DNA of 64,000 bases, from NCBI GenBank assembly GCA_965228735.1, contig OZ245838.1, forward strand, positions 5,760,001 to 5,824,000, given 5' to 3'. The position numbers and the translations under genes were made by a program. This document shows, one piece after another, positions 21,798-31,107 of this stretch. The number at the start of each line of letters is the position of its first letter. The first letter of the stretch is position 1. The DNA comes from Planctomycetota bacterium. GTDB lineage: Bacteria > Planctomycetota > UBA1135 > UBA2386. The notes below the pieces were generated by a model. It was not told the origin of the DNA, did no database searches, and saw only the letters and a program-made list of their open reading frames with translations.

Positions 21798-24341
21798 ATG
21801 CGTCGCGCCGCCTCGTTCTCGTTCTTCGTGCTCACCCTGGGGCTCGGCGCCCAGGACGACTTCCGCTCGGACTGGCCGGATGCCGCGCCAGCGCCGAAGT
21901 CAGGGCCGTGGCTCGGGGCGGACTACTGGGCGAATCGGCTGCAGGACTGGAGCTTCGTCGGCGACGGCCGGGTCGAGTGCACCCGGCCGCGGCTGCCGAT
22001 GCGCACCCTGCATCTCGTGACGTGGCGGGTCGGGCACCTGCGGAGCGAGATGACGGTGGCGGTGCGCACGGGGCGCGCGTCCGAGGAGTTGCCGACGGGG
22101 GCATTCACGGCGCTGCTCGTCGGCGCGGGTCGCCACGATCTCGATCCGCGCAGCGCCTGTCTCGTGCAGTCGGCGCCGGGGCCGGACGGCGGCGTCCTCT
22201 TCGGCGTTCGCGGCGACGGCACGCTGTTCTTGCAGCAGAACGTGAACGGTGACGGCCGGCTCGTCGCGGAGGCGAAGCTCGGGGGCGGCGCGGCCGACCT
22301 CGGCGTCGGTGTGACGCTCGAGCTCCGGGTCGTGCCGGGGCGCACGTTCGCCAAGTTGTTCGGCACGGCCAGGGACGCGGCGGGCGACGTGCTCGGAGAG
22401 GTCGCGCTCGATCGCGTGCCGAAGCATGACGTGCTCGGCAACCTCGCTCTCGTGAGCCATGGCGGTGGCCGGCAGGGCAAGGGACGTTTCTGGTTCGCGG
22501 ACTGGCGCGCGCGCGGTCGCATGCTGGAACATGATCCGGGTCGCGGGCTCGGTCCGATCGTCGCGGGGTTCCACACGCTGTCGCGCGGCGTGCTCAAGCT
22601 CGCGGTTGCGATGATGCCGTGTGTCGGCGGCGATCTGCGTGACGAGGTCACGCTCGAGGTCGAGCGCGGCGGCAAGTGGGAGCGGCTCGGGGCCGCGGAC
22701 TTCGGTGCGCCCGACTACACCGCGGTATTTCGGGTGCCGGACTGGTCGGCGAACGCGCGGGTGCCGTATCGGGTGCGCTACGGTGACGCGGTCTACGACG
22801 GCGCGATCCGCGCGGAGCCCGGGCGCGGCGTGCTGCGGCTCGGCGCGATGACGTGCGTGCATCAGGTGAAGCACGGGTTCGGCCGCGCGGGTTATCCGTG
22901 GTCGAACGAGGCGCTGTGGTTCCCGCACGCGGATCTGACGGCGCGGATCAGGCAGCAGGATCCGGACCTGCTGTTCTTCGCCGGCGATCAGATCTACGAG
23001 GGCGCGAGCCCGACGCCGCCCTCGCGCGGCGCCGACGCGGGGCTCGACTACCTCTACAAGTGGTATCTGTTCTGCTGGGCGTTCCGCGACGTCGCGCGCG
23101 ACCGCCCGGCCGTGATCATCCCCGACGATCACGACGTCTTTCAGGGCAATCTGTGGGGCGCTGGTGGGCGCAAGACGAAGCGCGACAACCAGGGCGGCTA
23201 CGTGATGCCGGCGTCGTGGGTGCGCATGGTCGAACGGACGCAGACGAGCCACCTGCCCGACCCGGTCGATCCGCGCCCGGTCGAGCAGGGCATCGGCGTC
23301 TACTTCACGAGCCTGCGCTACGGCCACGTCGACTTCGCGATCCTCGAGGACCGCAAGTTCAAGTCGGGGCCGAACGGCCTGGTCGAGCACGACGGCCCGC
23401 GGCCGGATCACATCAACGATCCGGACTTCGACATCGGTTCGGCGGACGTGCCGGGTGCGGTGCTGCTCGGTGAACGGCAGCTGCGGTTCCTCGACGACTG
23501 GGCGCGCGACTGGCGGGGCGTCGAGCTCAAGGCCGTGCTCTCGCAGACGATCTTCGCCAACGTCGCGACGCACCACGGGCCGCGGCAGGACTTCCTGATC
23601 GCGGACATGGACAGCAACGGCTGGCCGCAGAGCGGGCGCAACCGGGCGCTGCGCGCGATCCGCAGGGCGTTCGCGCCGATGGTGGGCGGCGACCAGCACC
23701 TGTCGACGCTCGTGCATCACGGTGTCGAGAGCTACCGCGACGCGGGCTACTCGTTCTGCGTGCCCGCGATGGCCAACTTCTACCTGCGGTCGTGGCGGCC
23801 GGGCCGTCCGGGTCTCGGGCACGAAGACGGCATGCCGGAGAACACCGGCGGCTACCTCGATGGCTTCGGCAACAAGATCACCGTGCTCGCGACGACCAAC
23901 GTCGATGGCGCGTCGGGGCGTGAACCGAAGGCGCTGCACGACCAGAACCCGGGCTACGGCATCGTCGCGTTCGACACGAACGCGCACACGATCACGTTCG
24001 AGTGCTGGCCGCGCTACGCGGATCCGAAGGTCGACGCGCAGTATCCCGGCTGGCCCGTGACGGTGCAGCAGTCCGACAACTACGCGCGCCGCGCGATGGC
24101 GCGCCTGCCCCGCATCGTGGTCGCGGGTTGCGATCGCCCGGTCATCCAGGTCGAGACCAGCCGCGGCGAGCTCGTCTACGCGCTCCGGCTGGCCCGCTCC
24201 GACTTCCGCCCGCCGATCTTCCGCCCCGGCACCTACCGCGTGACGGTCAGCGACGGCAGCGGCGACCCGCAGAAGTCGAAGGTGCTCGACCTCGAACCGA
24301 CCGACGACCCCGACGCAACCGAAACCGTCGACCTGCAGTGA
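21798..24341 (+). CDS. PhoD-like alkaline phosphatase D family metallophosphoesterase, secreted
   Basis: PDLLFFAGDQIYE, IIPDDHDVFQGN, EDRKFKS, DMDSNGWP, GGDQH; signal-like N-terminus. Confidence 0.85.
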   Translation: MRRAASFSFFVLTLGLGAQDDFRSDWPDAAPAPKSGPWLGADYWANRLQDWSFVGDGRVECTRPRLPMRTLHLVTWRVGHLRSEMTVAVRTGRASEELPTGAFTALLVGAGRHDLDPRSACLVQSAPGPDGGVLFGVRGDGTLFLQQNVNGDGRLVAEAKLGGGAADLGVGVTLELRVVPGRTFAKLFGTARDAAGDVLGEVALDRVPKHDVLGNLALVSHGGGRQGKGRFWFADWRARGRMLEHDPGRGLGPIVAGFHTLSRGVLKLAVAMMPCVGGDLRDEVTLEVERGGKWERLGAADFGAPDYTAVFRVPDWSANARVPYRVRYGDAVYDGAIRAEPGRGVLRLGAMTCVHQVKHGFGRAGYPWSNEALWFPHADLTARIRQQDPDLLFFAGDQIYEGASPTPPSRGADAGLDYLYKWYLFCWAFRDVARDRPAVIIPDDHDVFQGNLWGAGGRKTKRDNQGGYVMPASWVRMVERTQTSHLPDPVDPRPVEQGIGVYFTSLRYGHVDFAILEDRKFKSGPNGLVEHDGPRPDHINDPDFDIGSADVPGAVLLGERQLRFLDDWARDWRGVELKAVLSQTIFANVATHHGPRQDFLIADMDSNGWPQSGRNRALRAIRRAFAPMVGGDQHLSTLVHHGVESYRDAGYSFCVPAMANFYLRSWRPGRPGLGHEDGMPENTGGYLDGFGNKITVLATTNVDGASGREPKALHDQNPGYGIVAFDTNAHTITFECWPRYADPKVDAQYPGWPVTVQQSDNYARRAMARLPRIVVAGCDRPVIQVETSRGELVYALRLARSDFRPPIFRPGTYRVTVSDGSGDPQKSKVLDLEPTDDPDATETVDLQ

Positions 24342-24423
24342 CCGTACGGAACCTGGTTCGTGTAGTGACCGTACGGAACCTGGTTCGTGTTGCCGGGCAG
24401 AACGAACCAGGTACCGTACGGTC
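24337..24423. repeat. REP-like element: two tandem 27-bp direct repeats plus an inverted copy
   Basis: AGTGACCGTACGGAACCTGGTTCGTGT at 24337-24363 and 24364-24390; inverted near-copy ACGAACCAGGTACCGTACGGTC at 24402-24423; lies between convergent genes. Confidence 0.9.
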
Positions 24424-24459
24424 GAGAACGTCAACCTGAAGTGACCGTGCGCACCCTCC

Positions 24460-25641
24460 TCAGCGGATGGCGCGGCGCTTTCCGGTCTTCTTCAGCGTCC
24501 GTAGTGTTTGCGGTTCAGCGGCGGGGGGAGAGGGGCGATTCAGGCGCTTTCGATCCTGGTCGCGTTCCCGCTCCGTAGCAGGACTCTTCGGTGACCGCGG
24601 GTCGTTCTCGACCGTGACGATGAAGATGAAGCGTTTGCCGCTCAGGGGCGGGGGGGCCATGAGGACGATCTGGTCGCCTTCGATCTCGACGGCGGCTTCG
24701 ATCTTGGTCGAGCTGACGCTCGGCAACTGGATCGTGACCGGGGCCGTGCCGGCGCCGAGCTGCGTCGTGAACGTCGGGATCGGGCGCGCGAGCTCGCTGA
24801 CGACGGTTTCGAGCGACACGCCGAGGCGTCCGCTCTCGAGCGGGGAGACCGCGGTCTCGGTCTTGATGCCGTCCTGCACGACGTCGACGATCGGGTCGGC
24901 GATGAACTGGCCCTGCGCGATCTCGACGTCGAAGTCCTTGACGTAGGCCGTCTGATTGATGACCGCCATCTGCGCGACCTCGAGCGGTCGCACCGACAGC
25001 CTCTGCTGGGTGAGATCCTCGGCGCCCTCGGTGCGATACAGCTCGCGGATGAACTTCGTCGTCTTGTCGCCGGGCGCCAGGACCTCGGTGACGTAGCTGA
25101 CCTCGTCCGCATCCGGGACCTCGGGTTCGGCGTTCTCGGTCTCGGCGGGCTCCTTGCGTTTGGCGAGCGCCGGTTTGATGTCGCGCAGGAACGTCAGCTC
25201 CGGCACGCGCAGGCAGCGACAGTTCACGGTGATGACCGGGCGCTTGTCCTGGCGGGCAGCCTCGAGGAAACGCGCGACCCAGGCGTGCTGCGCTGGCCGC
25301 GCGAGCACGACGACCCAGCGTTCGCCGACGGGGTTGATCTCCTCGTTGCCCTGCAGCGCTGGCTTGACGAACGCGCGCAGCAGGCGCGCGACGGCGTGCG
25401 AGCTCGCGCCGTAGCCGGCCTCGGACTTCCATTCGATGTCGGCGCCGCCGAGACGCAGGTCGGGTCCCCCGATGGTCTCGGTGACGACGATGTCGCCGAT
25501 GTCGTAGAGCTGGGCGACGCGTTCGTCCGCCGTCGACGGCGATGCCTGCGCGGACAGGGTCTGGCTGCCGCTCATCATGGCGAGCACGGTGGCGGACAAC
25601 ACGGCGGCGAAAAGCACGGTGGTGGAGCGAGTGTGGATCAT
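24460..25641 (-). CDS. secreted protein with a secretin (GspD/PilQ)-like C-terminal domain
   Basis: Signal peptide; RLSV...AQMAVINQTAYVKDFDVEIAQ...ADPIVDVVQDG...RPIPTFTT...VTIQLP resembles planctomycete secretin-like domains. Confidence 0.6.
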   Translation of the reverse strand: MIHTRSTTVLFAAVLSATVLAMMSGSQTLSAQASPSTADERVAQLYDIGDIVVTETIGGPDLRLGGADIEWKSEAGYGASSHAVARLLRAFVKPALQGNEEINPVGERWVVVLARPAQHAWVARFLEAARQDKRPVITVNCRCLRVPELTFLRDIKPALAKRKEPAETENAEPEVPDADEVSYVTEVLAPGDKTTKFIRELYRTEGAEDLTQQRLSVRPLEVAQMAVINQTAYVKDFDVEIAQGQFIADPIVDVVQDGIKTETAVSPLESGRLGVSLETVVSELARPIPTFTTQLGAGTAPVTIQLPSVSSTKIEAAVEIEGDQIVLMAPPPLSGKRFIFIVTVENDPRSPKSPATERERDQDRKRLNRPSPPAAEPQTLRTLKKTGKRRAIR

Positions 25642-26204
25642 GGCAACTGGCCTTCGAGTTGGGACGTCCTGACCCGCACGCGCAACCTGGGGGATTCGGC
25701 TGCGGCGCGGCGATCGTCGTGATGGCGGATGTTCTCGTGCCGTTCGGCGCCCGGCAGCAACCGGACGACGATGCGGCGATGGGAGGTGCGCCCCCTGGTT
25801 TCCGTCGCGACCGTGCGACACGTGACGACGCGGCTCGTCGTCGGGAAGTCGGGGCGGGTGAGGGGCGCGCGTGCGGCGACGACCGGCGGTGTCGGTTCCT
25901 CGGGTTCCATCGCTGCACCGCTGGTGAACACGGCGAAGCTGCCGAACACGACGATCGCGGCAGCCGCCGCGGCCAACATCGGCCAGCCGATCGGCCAGCG
26001 GATCGGCGACCGCGGCGACGACGGTGCCGGTTGCGCGGTCGGGAGGTTCGGCGCGGGCAGCGCCTGCAGCGTCGCGCGCAACTCCACGAACGCGGCCAGC
26101 GCCTCGGGGTGCTCGAGCAGCCACGCGTCCGTGCGCGGATCCGCGAGCGGGTCGCGGCCCTCGTCGAACAGCTCCTGCACGAACGGCGGCAGTTCGGATC
26201 TCAT
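25638..26204 (-). CDS. single-TM putative anti-sigma factor
   Basis: Overlaps the ECF stop (ATGA); short cytoplasmic N-terminus, TM helix MLAAAAAAIVVFGSFAVF, small C-terminal domain. Confidence 0.65.
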   Translation of the reverse strand: MRSELPPFVQELFDEGRDPLADPRTDAWLLEHPEALAAFVELRATLQALPAPNLPTAQPAPSSPRSPIRWPIGWPMLAAAAAAIVVFGSFAVFTSGAAMEPEEPTPPVVAARAPLTRPDFPTTSRVVTCRTVATETRGRTSHRRIVVRLLPGAERHENIRHHDDRRAAAESPRLRVRVRTSQLEGQLP

Positions 26205-26719
26205 CGGTCGTCCTCCTGGCGGCGCTGCTCGGCCCACAGCCGATTGCGCGCGCGGTGCAGATGTGATTTCACGGTGCCGGCCGGCATCGCGAGCGCGGTC
26301 GCGATCTCCTTGATCGTCTGGCCGTCGCGGTGGAAGCGGAGCAGCACGTCGCGTTCGGGTTCGGGCACGAGGTCGAGCAGGCTCGCGGCCTCGTCGCGGG
26401 CCGTCGCGCGCGTCAGCGGATCGGCCGTCACTGCCGTGAGCTGCTCGCTGAGCTCGCCGGCGGTCGTCGGCCGGCGGTCGCGCAGGTCGACGAATGCGCG
26501 GTAGGCGATCCGCAGCAGCCACGCGTTGCCGCTGCCGCGCTCCGGATCGAACGTCTGACGCGAGCGCCACGCCCGCGCCAGCGTCTCCTGCTGGAGATCG
26601 TCGACCTCGGTCGGCGCGAGCCGGCGCAAGAACGCGCGCAACGCCGGCGTGGCGGTCGCGAGCAGCTCCTGCATCTGCGCGTCGGGCGCGGAGGGGTCGG
26701 CGGTCATGGGGTCCGGCAT
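26201..26719 (-). CDS. ECF sigma factor
   Basis: VDDLQQETLARAWRSRQTFDPERG...WLLRIAYRAFVD; QTIKEIATALAMPAGTVKSHLHRAR. Confidence 0.92.
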   Translation of the reverse strand: MPDPMTADPSAPDAQMQELLATATPALRAFLRRLAPTEVDDLQQETLARAWRSRQTFDPERGSGNAWLLRIAYRAFVDLRDRRPTTAGELSEQLTAVTADPLTRATARDEAASLLDLVPEPERDVLLRFHRDGQTIKEIATALAMPAGTVKSHLHRARNRLWAEQRRQEDDR

Positions 26720-26794
26720 CGCGGCACCCAGGCTTACCGGCAGCGCGGTCGAGAGGTTGCAGACGGGCGAGAATTCTCGCGCGGCGGCGACGCC

Positions 26795-27874
26795 CTACCG
26801 CAACACCGCCGCGATCTCGGCGGCGACCCAGGCGTTGCCGGCCGCGGTCATGTGGCCGTTGAAGTAGCGTCGCTGCAGCCCGGGGTCCGCGGCCCGGAGC
26901 CGCAGGAACTTCGTCTGCAGATCGAGAACCACCGCGCCGTGTTGCTCGGCGTGCCCGACTGCCGCGACCGCGTCGGGCTCGTGCCAGTGACCCTGGAGGA
27001 CGACGAGCCACGGCACCTCGCGTTCTCGGCAAAAGCGCCCGAGTCGTTCGAACAGGCGCTGCGCGATCAGCACGCCGGTGCCCTTCTCGTGCACCCAGAT
27101 CTCGCGCTCCTGTTCGACCCACCACTTCGGCGCGACGTTCCACGCGAGCATGTCGATGGCCGCGCTGTAGCCGAGGGCCCGGCGCAGCCACTGCTCGTCG
27201 AGCTCGTTGTCCTTCGCCGAGTCCGGCACGGGGACGCCCTGCAGCACGATGTCACCGTCCTGCACGTCGAACCACGGGATGGCGGTGAAGCGCCGGCTCT
27301 GTTCGCAGCGCGCGATGTCGTCGGGGATCAGGCTCAGCACGAGCTGGTCCGTCGGATACTCGTCGACGAGCTGTTCGGCGCGCAGCACGGCCTGCGCGAG
27401 GCTGTAGCCGAACACGCCGCCGTTCAGCACGGGTCGCTGCAGCTCGCGCTCGAGTGCGGCCGGCCACGTCTCCGAGTCGCCGACCTGATCGCCGAACGTG
27501 AACGAGTCGCCGCTCGTGACGATCCAGCGGTCGCCCGCGGGTCGCGGTTGTCCGTTCTCGCGAATCGTCTGCGCGTCGATCGTGACCTGCGCCTGCCAGC
27601 GGTTGTCGCGGCTCGCGAAGTTCGGCCGCGGCACGTAGCCGAGCAGCGGATCGTGCGCCGCCGGATAGGCCCGCCGGATGAGGTCGATCCGCAGGTCGCG
27701 ATAGCTGCCCACGCCAAACGGCGTGATGCCCTTGCCGGCCCGGAAGCTGCGCGCGAACAGCTCGGCCGCGACGAACAGGAGGGCCAGCGGGATCAGCGCG
27801 AAGAGCAGCTTCTTGCGCCAGGGCAGCCGGCGCTTCGGTGATCCTGACGCTGGCTGCCCGTCGGCTTCAGCCAT
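26795..27874 (-). CDS. SGNH/GDSL hydrolase-like membrane-anchored protein
   Basis: N-terminal TM; GDSFTFG, VLNGGVFGYS and C-terminal NGHMTAAGN motifs. Confidence 0.8.
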   Translation of the reverse strand: MAEADGQPASGSPKRRLPWRKKLLFALIPLALLFVAAELFARSFRAGKGITPFGVGSYRDLRIDLIRRAYPAAHDPLLGYVPRPNFASRDNRWQAQVTIDAQTIRENGQPRPAGDRWIVTSGDSFTFGDQVGDSETWPAALERELQRPVLNGGVFGYSLAQAVLRAEQLVDEYPTDQLVLSLIPDDIARCEQSRRFTAIPWFDVQDGDIVLQGVPVPDSAKDNELDEQWLRRALGYSAAIDMLAWNVAPKWWVEQEREIWVHEKGTGVLIAQRLFERLGRFCREREVPWLVVLQGHWHEPDAVAAVGHAEQHGAVVLDLQTKFLRLRAADPGLQRRYFNGHMTAAGNAWVAAEIAAVLR

Positions 27875-28919
27875 CGGATTCGACGAGTCGCCACGCGAGC
27901 TCCTCGCCGGCGCGCATCGGCACGAGCTCGACGTCTCCGAACGGCAAGGTCGCCGGCACCGTCTGCGGAGCGCGTTCGAGCGTGATCGTCCGGTCGCTCA
28001 CCGGCAGGCGATAGAACGCCGGGCCGCGGCGGCTGGCGAACTCCTCGAGTCGCTCGATCTGCGACATCGCGTCGAACGCCTCGGCGTAGAGCTCGATCGC
28101 CGCGTGGGCGGTGTAGACTCCGGCGCAGCCGCACGCGCTCTCCTTCGCTCCGCGCGGGTGCGGCGCGCTGTCGGTGCCGAGGAAGATGCGATCATTCGTC
28201 GCGGCGGCAGTGAGCAACGCCTCGCGGTGCGATTCACGCTTCAGCACGGGCAGGCAGAACGCGTGCGGCCGCAGCCCGCCGCGGAAGATCTCGTTGCGGT
28301 TCCACAGCAGATGATGCGCGGTGATCGTGCCGCCGACCCTGGCGCCGGCCTGCTGCACGAACTCGACGCCATCGGCCGTCGTGATGTGCTCGAGCACGAT
28401 GCGCAGCCCGGGGAACGAGGCCACGAGTGGGGCGAGCACGCGATCGACGAACGCCTTCTCGCGATCGAACACGTCGACGTCCTGATGGGTGACCTCACCG
28501 TGGATCAGCAGCGGCAGGTCGTGCTGTTCCATCGCCGCGAGCACCGGTCGCACGCGATCGAGATCGGTGACGCCATTGTCCGAGTTCGTCGTCGCACCGG
28601 CGGGGTAGTACTTCACCCCGTGCACGAAGCCGCTGCTCCTGGCCGCCGCGATCTCGGCGGCCGGCGTGTTGTCCGTCAGGTAGAGCGTCATCAGCGGCTC
28701 GAAGTCGGAGCCGTCGGGGCGCGCCGCGAGAATGCGTTCGCGGTAATCGCCGGCCGCCGCGACGCTCGTGATCGGCGGCTTGAGGTTGGGCATCACGATG
28801 GCTCGACCGAAGCGCCGGGCGGTGTGGGGCAGCACGTCGCGCATGCCCTTGCCGTCGCGGAGATGGAGGTGCCAATCGTCCGGCCGCGGAATCGTGAGAC
28901 GCATTACTTCCGCGAACAT
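27867..28919 (-). CDS. pyrC: dihydroorotase (homodimeric, E. coli type)
   Basis: LTIPRPDDWHLHLRDG, AIVMPNLKPP, KYYPAGATTNS, LEHITT, FLGTDSAPH, KESACGCAG. Alternative start at 28904. Confidence 0.96.
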   Translation of the reverse strand: MFAEVMRLTIPRPDDWHLHLRDGKGMRDVLPHTARRFGRAIVMPNLKPPITSVAAAGDYRERILAARPDGSDFEPLMTLYLTDNTPAAEIAAARSSGFVHGVKYYPAGATTNSDNGVTDLDRVRPVLAAMEQHDLPLLIHGEVTHQDVDVFDREKAFVDRVLAPLVASFPGLRIVLEHITTADGVEFVQQAGARVGGTITAHHLLWNRNEIFRGGLRPHAFCLPVLKRESHREALLTAAATNDRIFLGTDSAPHPRGAKESACGCAGVYTAHAAIELYAEAFDAMSQIERLEEFASRRGPAFYRLPVSDRTITLERAPQTVPATLPFGDVELVPMRAGEELAWRLVESDG

Positions 28920-28952
28920 AGCGAGTTCCGTTCACCCGGCGCAATCCCGAGC

Positions 28953-29076
28953 CGCGATCTCGATGCCTGCGGGCCGGACGACGTACAAGAGGGACCGGAC
29001 CGGCTGCCCACCGGTCCGATCCCAACGGGAGAACCATGCGCGCGGTCGTCACTCCGCGCACCGAATACCTATCGCG
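28953..29076 (-). ncRNA. candidate rod-shaped structured RNA (6S-like shape or pyrC leader)
   Basis: Five nested complementary segments (6, 7, 4, 6 and 13 bp) with an asymmetric central bubble; both within-helix mismatches become G-U pairs on the minus strand. Confidence 0.35.
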
Positions 29077-29109
29077 CAGTGGTGCTTCGGTAACCTAACG
29101 TCTTTCCAA

Positions 29110-29964
29110 GTGGTGCTGTGTTCGTTCGGTTTCTCTCCGTGCCCCAACGACACGTTCGCGTTCTGGGCGGCGGTGCACGCACCCGTGGAGCCGGACGTCG
29201 TCCGCTTCGAGCCGGTGCTCGCGGACATCGAGACGCTCAACCTGCGCGCGATCGAACGGCGCGCGCCGCTCGCCGTCACGAAGCTGTCGGTGCCGGCTCT
29301 CGCGCACGTGACCGACGACTACGCGGTGCTCGCGGCGGGCTCGGCGCTCGGGTTCGGCTGCGGCCCGCTCGTCGTGTGTCGGGCCGACGCACCGTTCGGA
29401 GGGCTCGCGGATCTCGCTGCGGCGCGCGTCGCGATCCCCGGGCGCAACACGACGGCGGCGCTGTTGCTGGGCTTGTTCGGACCCGAACTCGGGCCCGCCC
29501 CCGTCGCGCTGCGCTTCGACGAGATCATGCCGGCGGTGCAGCGCGGCGACGTCGACGCGGGGGTGATCATCCACGAGAGTCGCTTCACCTATCAGGATCA
29601 CGGGCTGCGGAGCCTCGCCGATCTCGGTGAACTCTTCGAAGGCGCGACGGGCGGGCCGCTGCCGCTCGGCGTCATCGGGGCGCGGCGCGATCTCGGAGCC
29701 GAGCAGTTCGCGGCGATCGAACGTTCGCTCGCGGCGTCCGTGCGGAGCGCCCGCGAACGACCCGAACTGCCGCGACCGTGGATCCGGCAGCACGCCCAGG
29801 AGATGGCCGACGACGTCTGCGACCGGCACATCGAGCTCTACGTGAACGACTTCACGGTCGACCTCGGCGAACGTGGCCGCGCGGCGATCGCGGGCCTGCT
29901 CGCGGACGGCCGCGCCCGCGGGCTGTTGCCGAGCGGCCCCGGTCCGTTCCTGGGGGACCGATGA
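29110..29964 (+). CDS. mqnD: 1,4-dihydroxy-6-naphthoate synthase (futalosine menaquinone pathway)
   Basis: GFSPCPNDTF, ADIETLN, GSALGFGCGPL, IIHESRFTY, PLPLG, HIELYVNDF; GTG start approximate (29110 or 29113). Confidence 0.92.
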   Translation: MVLCSFGFSPCPNDTFAFWAAVHAPVEPDVVRFEPVLADIETLNLRAIERRAPLAVTKLSVPALAHVTDDYAVLAAGSALGFGCGPLVVCRADAPFGGLADLAAARVAIPGRNTTAALLLGLFGPELGPAPVALRFDEIMPAVQRGDVDAGVIIHESRFTYQDHGLRSLADLGELFEGATGGPLPLGVIGARRDLGAEQFAAIERSLAASVRSARERPELPRPWIRQHAQEMADDVCDRHIELYVNDFTVDLGERGRAAIAGLLADGRARGLLPSGPGPFLGDR

Positions 29965-31091
29965 CGTTTCCGCTGCTCGCGGCGCTCGCGCTCACGTTGC
30001 TCACGGTGCCGGTCGTGCTGGTGCTGAGCGTCGTGCAGCTCGTGCGTCGGCGGCCGCAGCGCGCGCTCTGGCGCCGCGCGGGCTGGCTGCATCTCGGCCT
30101 GTTCGCGGTCCACCTGTTCGCCACGTTCCCGCTGACGCTCGGCTACCTCGGCTCGCGGGTCATGGTGGGAACGCGGCCGCCGGATCGGCCGTATGCCGGA
30201 CCGCGACTCGGGCCGGACGGCGACCTGCTGATCCAGACGACGCGCACGTTGCGGGCAGAGGCGCGGGAGGGCGTGCAGGTCGACCCGGCGATCCTCGCCG
30301 GGGTGGCGAAGCGCACGCACACGGTGGCGAGCTCGGACGACGTGACCGTTCGGCTGTTCCGCGTCGAGCCGCGGGCCGGCACCCGGACGCGTGCGGTCGC
30401 GGTCCTCGTGCACGGCATGTTCCGGTGCGGGGTCGAGCTCGAGCCCGTGACCGAGATGCTGCGCGAGCTCGGCTGCGAGTGCTGGTTGCTCGAGCTGCGC
30501 AACCACGGCGGCAGTTCGCGGGCACCGTTCACCGGCGGAATCGGCGAGAGCGACGACGTCGTCGCCGGGGTCGAGTACGTGCGCGCGCAGCCGGGGAACG
30601 ACGGCCGCCCGCTCGTGCTCTACGGGGTCAGCCTCGGCACCGTCGCCATCGCGCTCGCGCTGCCGCGCATCGACGGCGTCGCGGCGGTCGCACTCGACTC
30701 GCCGATCGACGACCTGCACGCGGCGGCGCATCGCATGCTGTCGTTCGAACGACCGGGCGACCGGCGCTCCATGTTCGCGATGACCGAGCCGTGGCGGTCG
30801 CTGATCATCGGTTCGCTCGGCGCGTGGAGTGGCTTCCGGCTGCGCGACGTGTGTCCGAGCGACGTGCTCGCGACCCTGCCGCCGGATCTGCCGATGCTGC
30901 TCATCGGCGGCGGCCGCGACAACCGCGCGCCGGCCGTAACCGTCGAACGGATGTACGAGCGACTGCCGATGCCGGCCGCGCTGAAGGACCTCTGGATCGA
31001 GGCCGATGGCGAACACGGCGGCATGATCGACTCGCACACCGCCGAGTACCGCCGGCGGCTGGCGGCGCTGCTCGATCGCATGCGGCGTTGA
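29961..31091 (+). CDS. membrane-anchored alpha/beta hydrolase
   Basis: Two N-terminal TM helices; LVHG, LRNHGGS, GVSLG nucleophile, candidate Asp (GRDNR) and His (GEHG). Confidence 0.85.
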   Translation: MTFPLLAALALTLLTVPVVLVLSVVQLVRRRPQRALWRRAGWLHLGLFAVHLFATFPLTLGYLGSRVMVGTRPPDRPYAGPRLGPDGDLLIQTTRTLRAEAREGVQVDPAILAGVAKRTHTVASSDDVTVRLFRVEPRAGTRTRAVAVLVHGMFRCGVELEPVTEMLRELGCECWLLELRNHGGSSRAPFTGGIGESDDVVAGVEYVRAQPGNDGRPLVLYGVSLGTVAIALALPRIDGVAAVALDSPIDDLHAAAHRMLSFERPGDRRSMFAMTEPWRSLIIGSLGAWSGFRLRDVCPSDVLATLPPDLPMLLIGGGRDNRAPAVTVERMYERLPMPAALKDLWIEADGEHGGMIDSHTAEYRRRLAALLDRMRR

Positions 31092-31107
31092 TCGGTCACT
31101 GGCCTGG

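Noticed and set aside
24337..24390. 27-bp direct repeats as a CRISPR array
   Set aside because: Only two adjacent units with no spacer and no cas genes; better explained as REP-like.
29036..29098. 20-codon ORF MRAVVTPRTEYLSRSGASVT as an mqnD leader peptide
   Set aside because: Short RBS spacing and no informative residue bias; the region is better explained by the RNA structure candidate.
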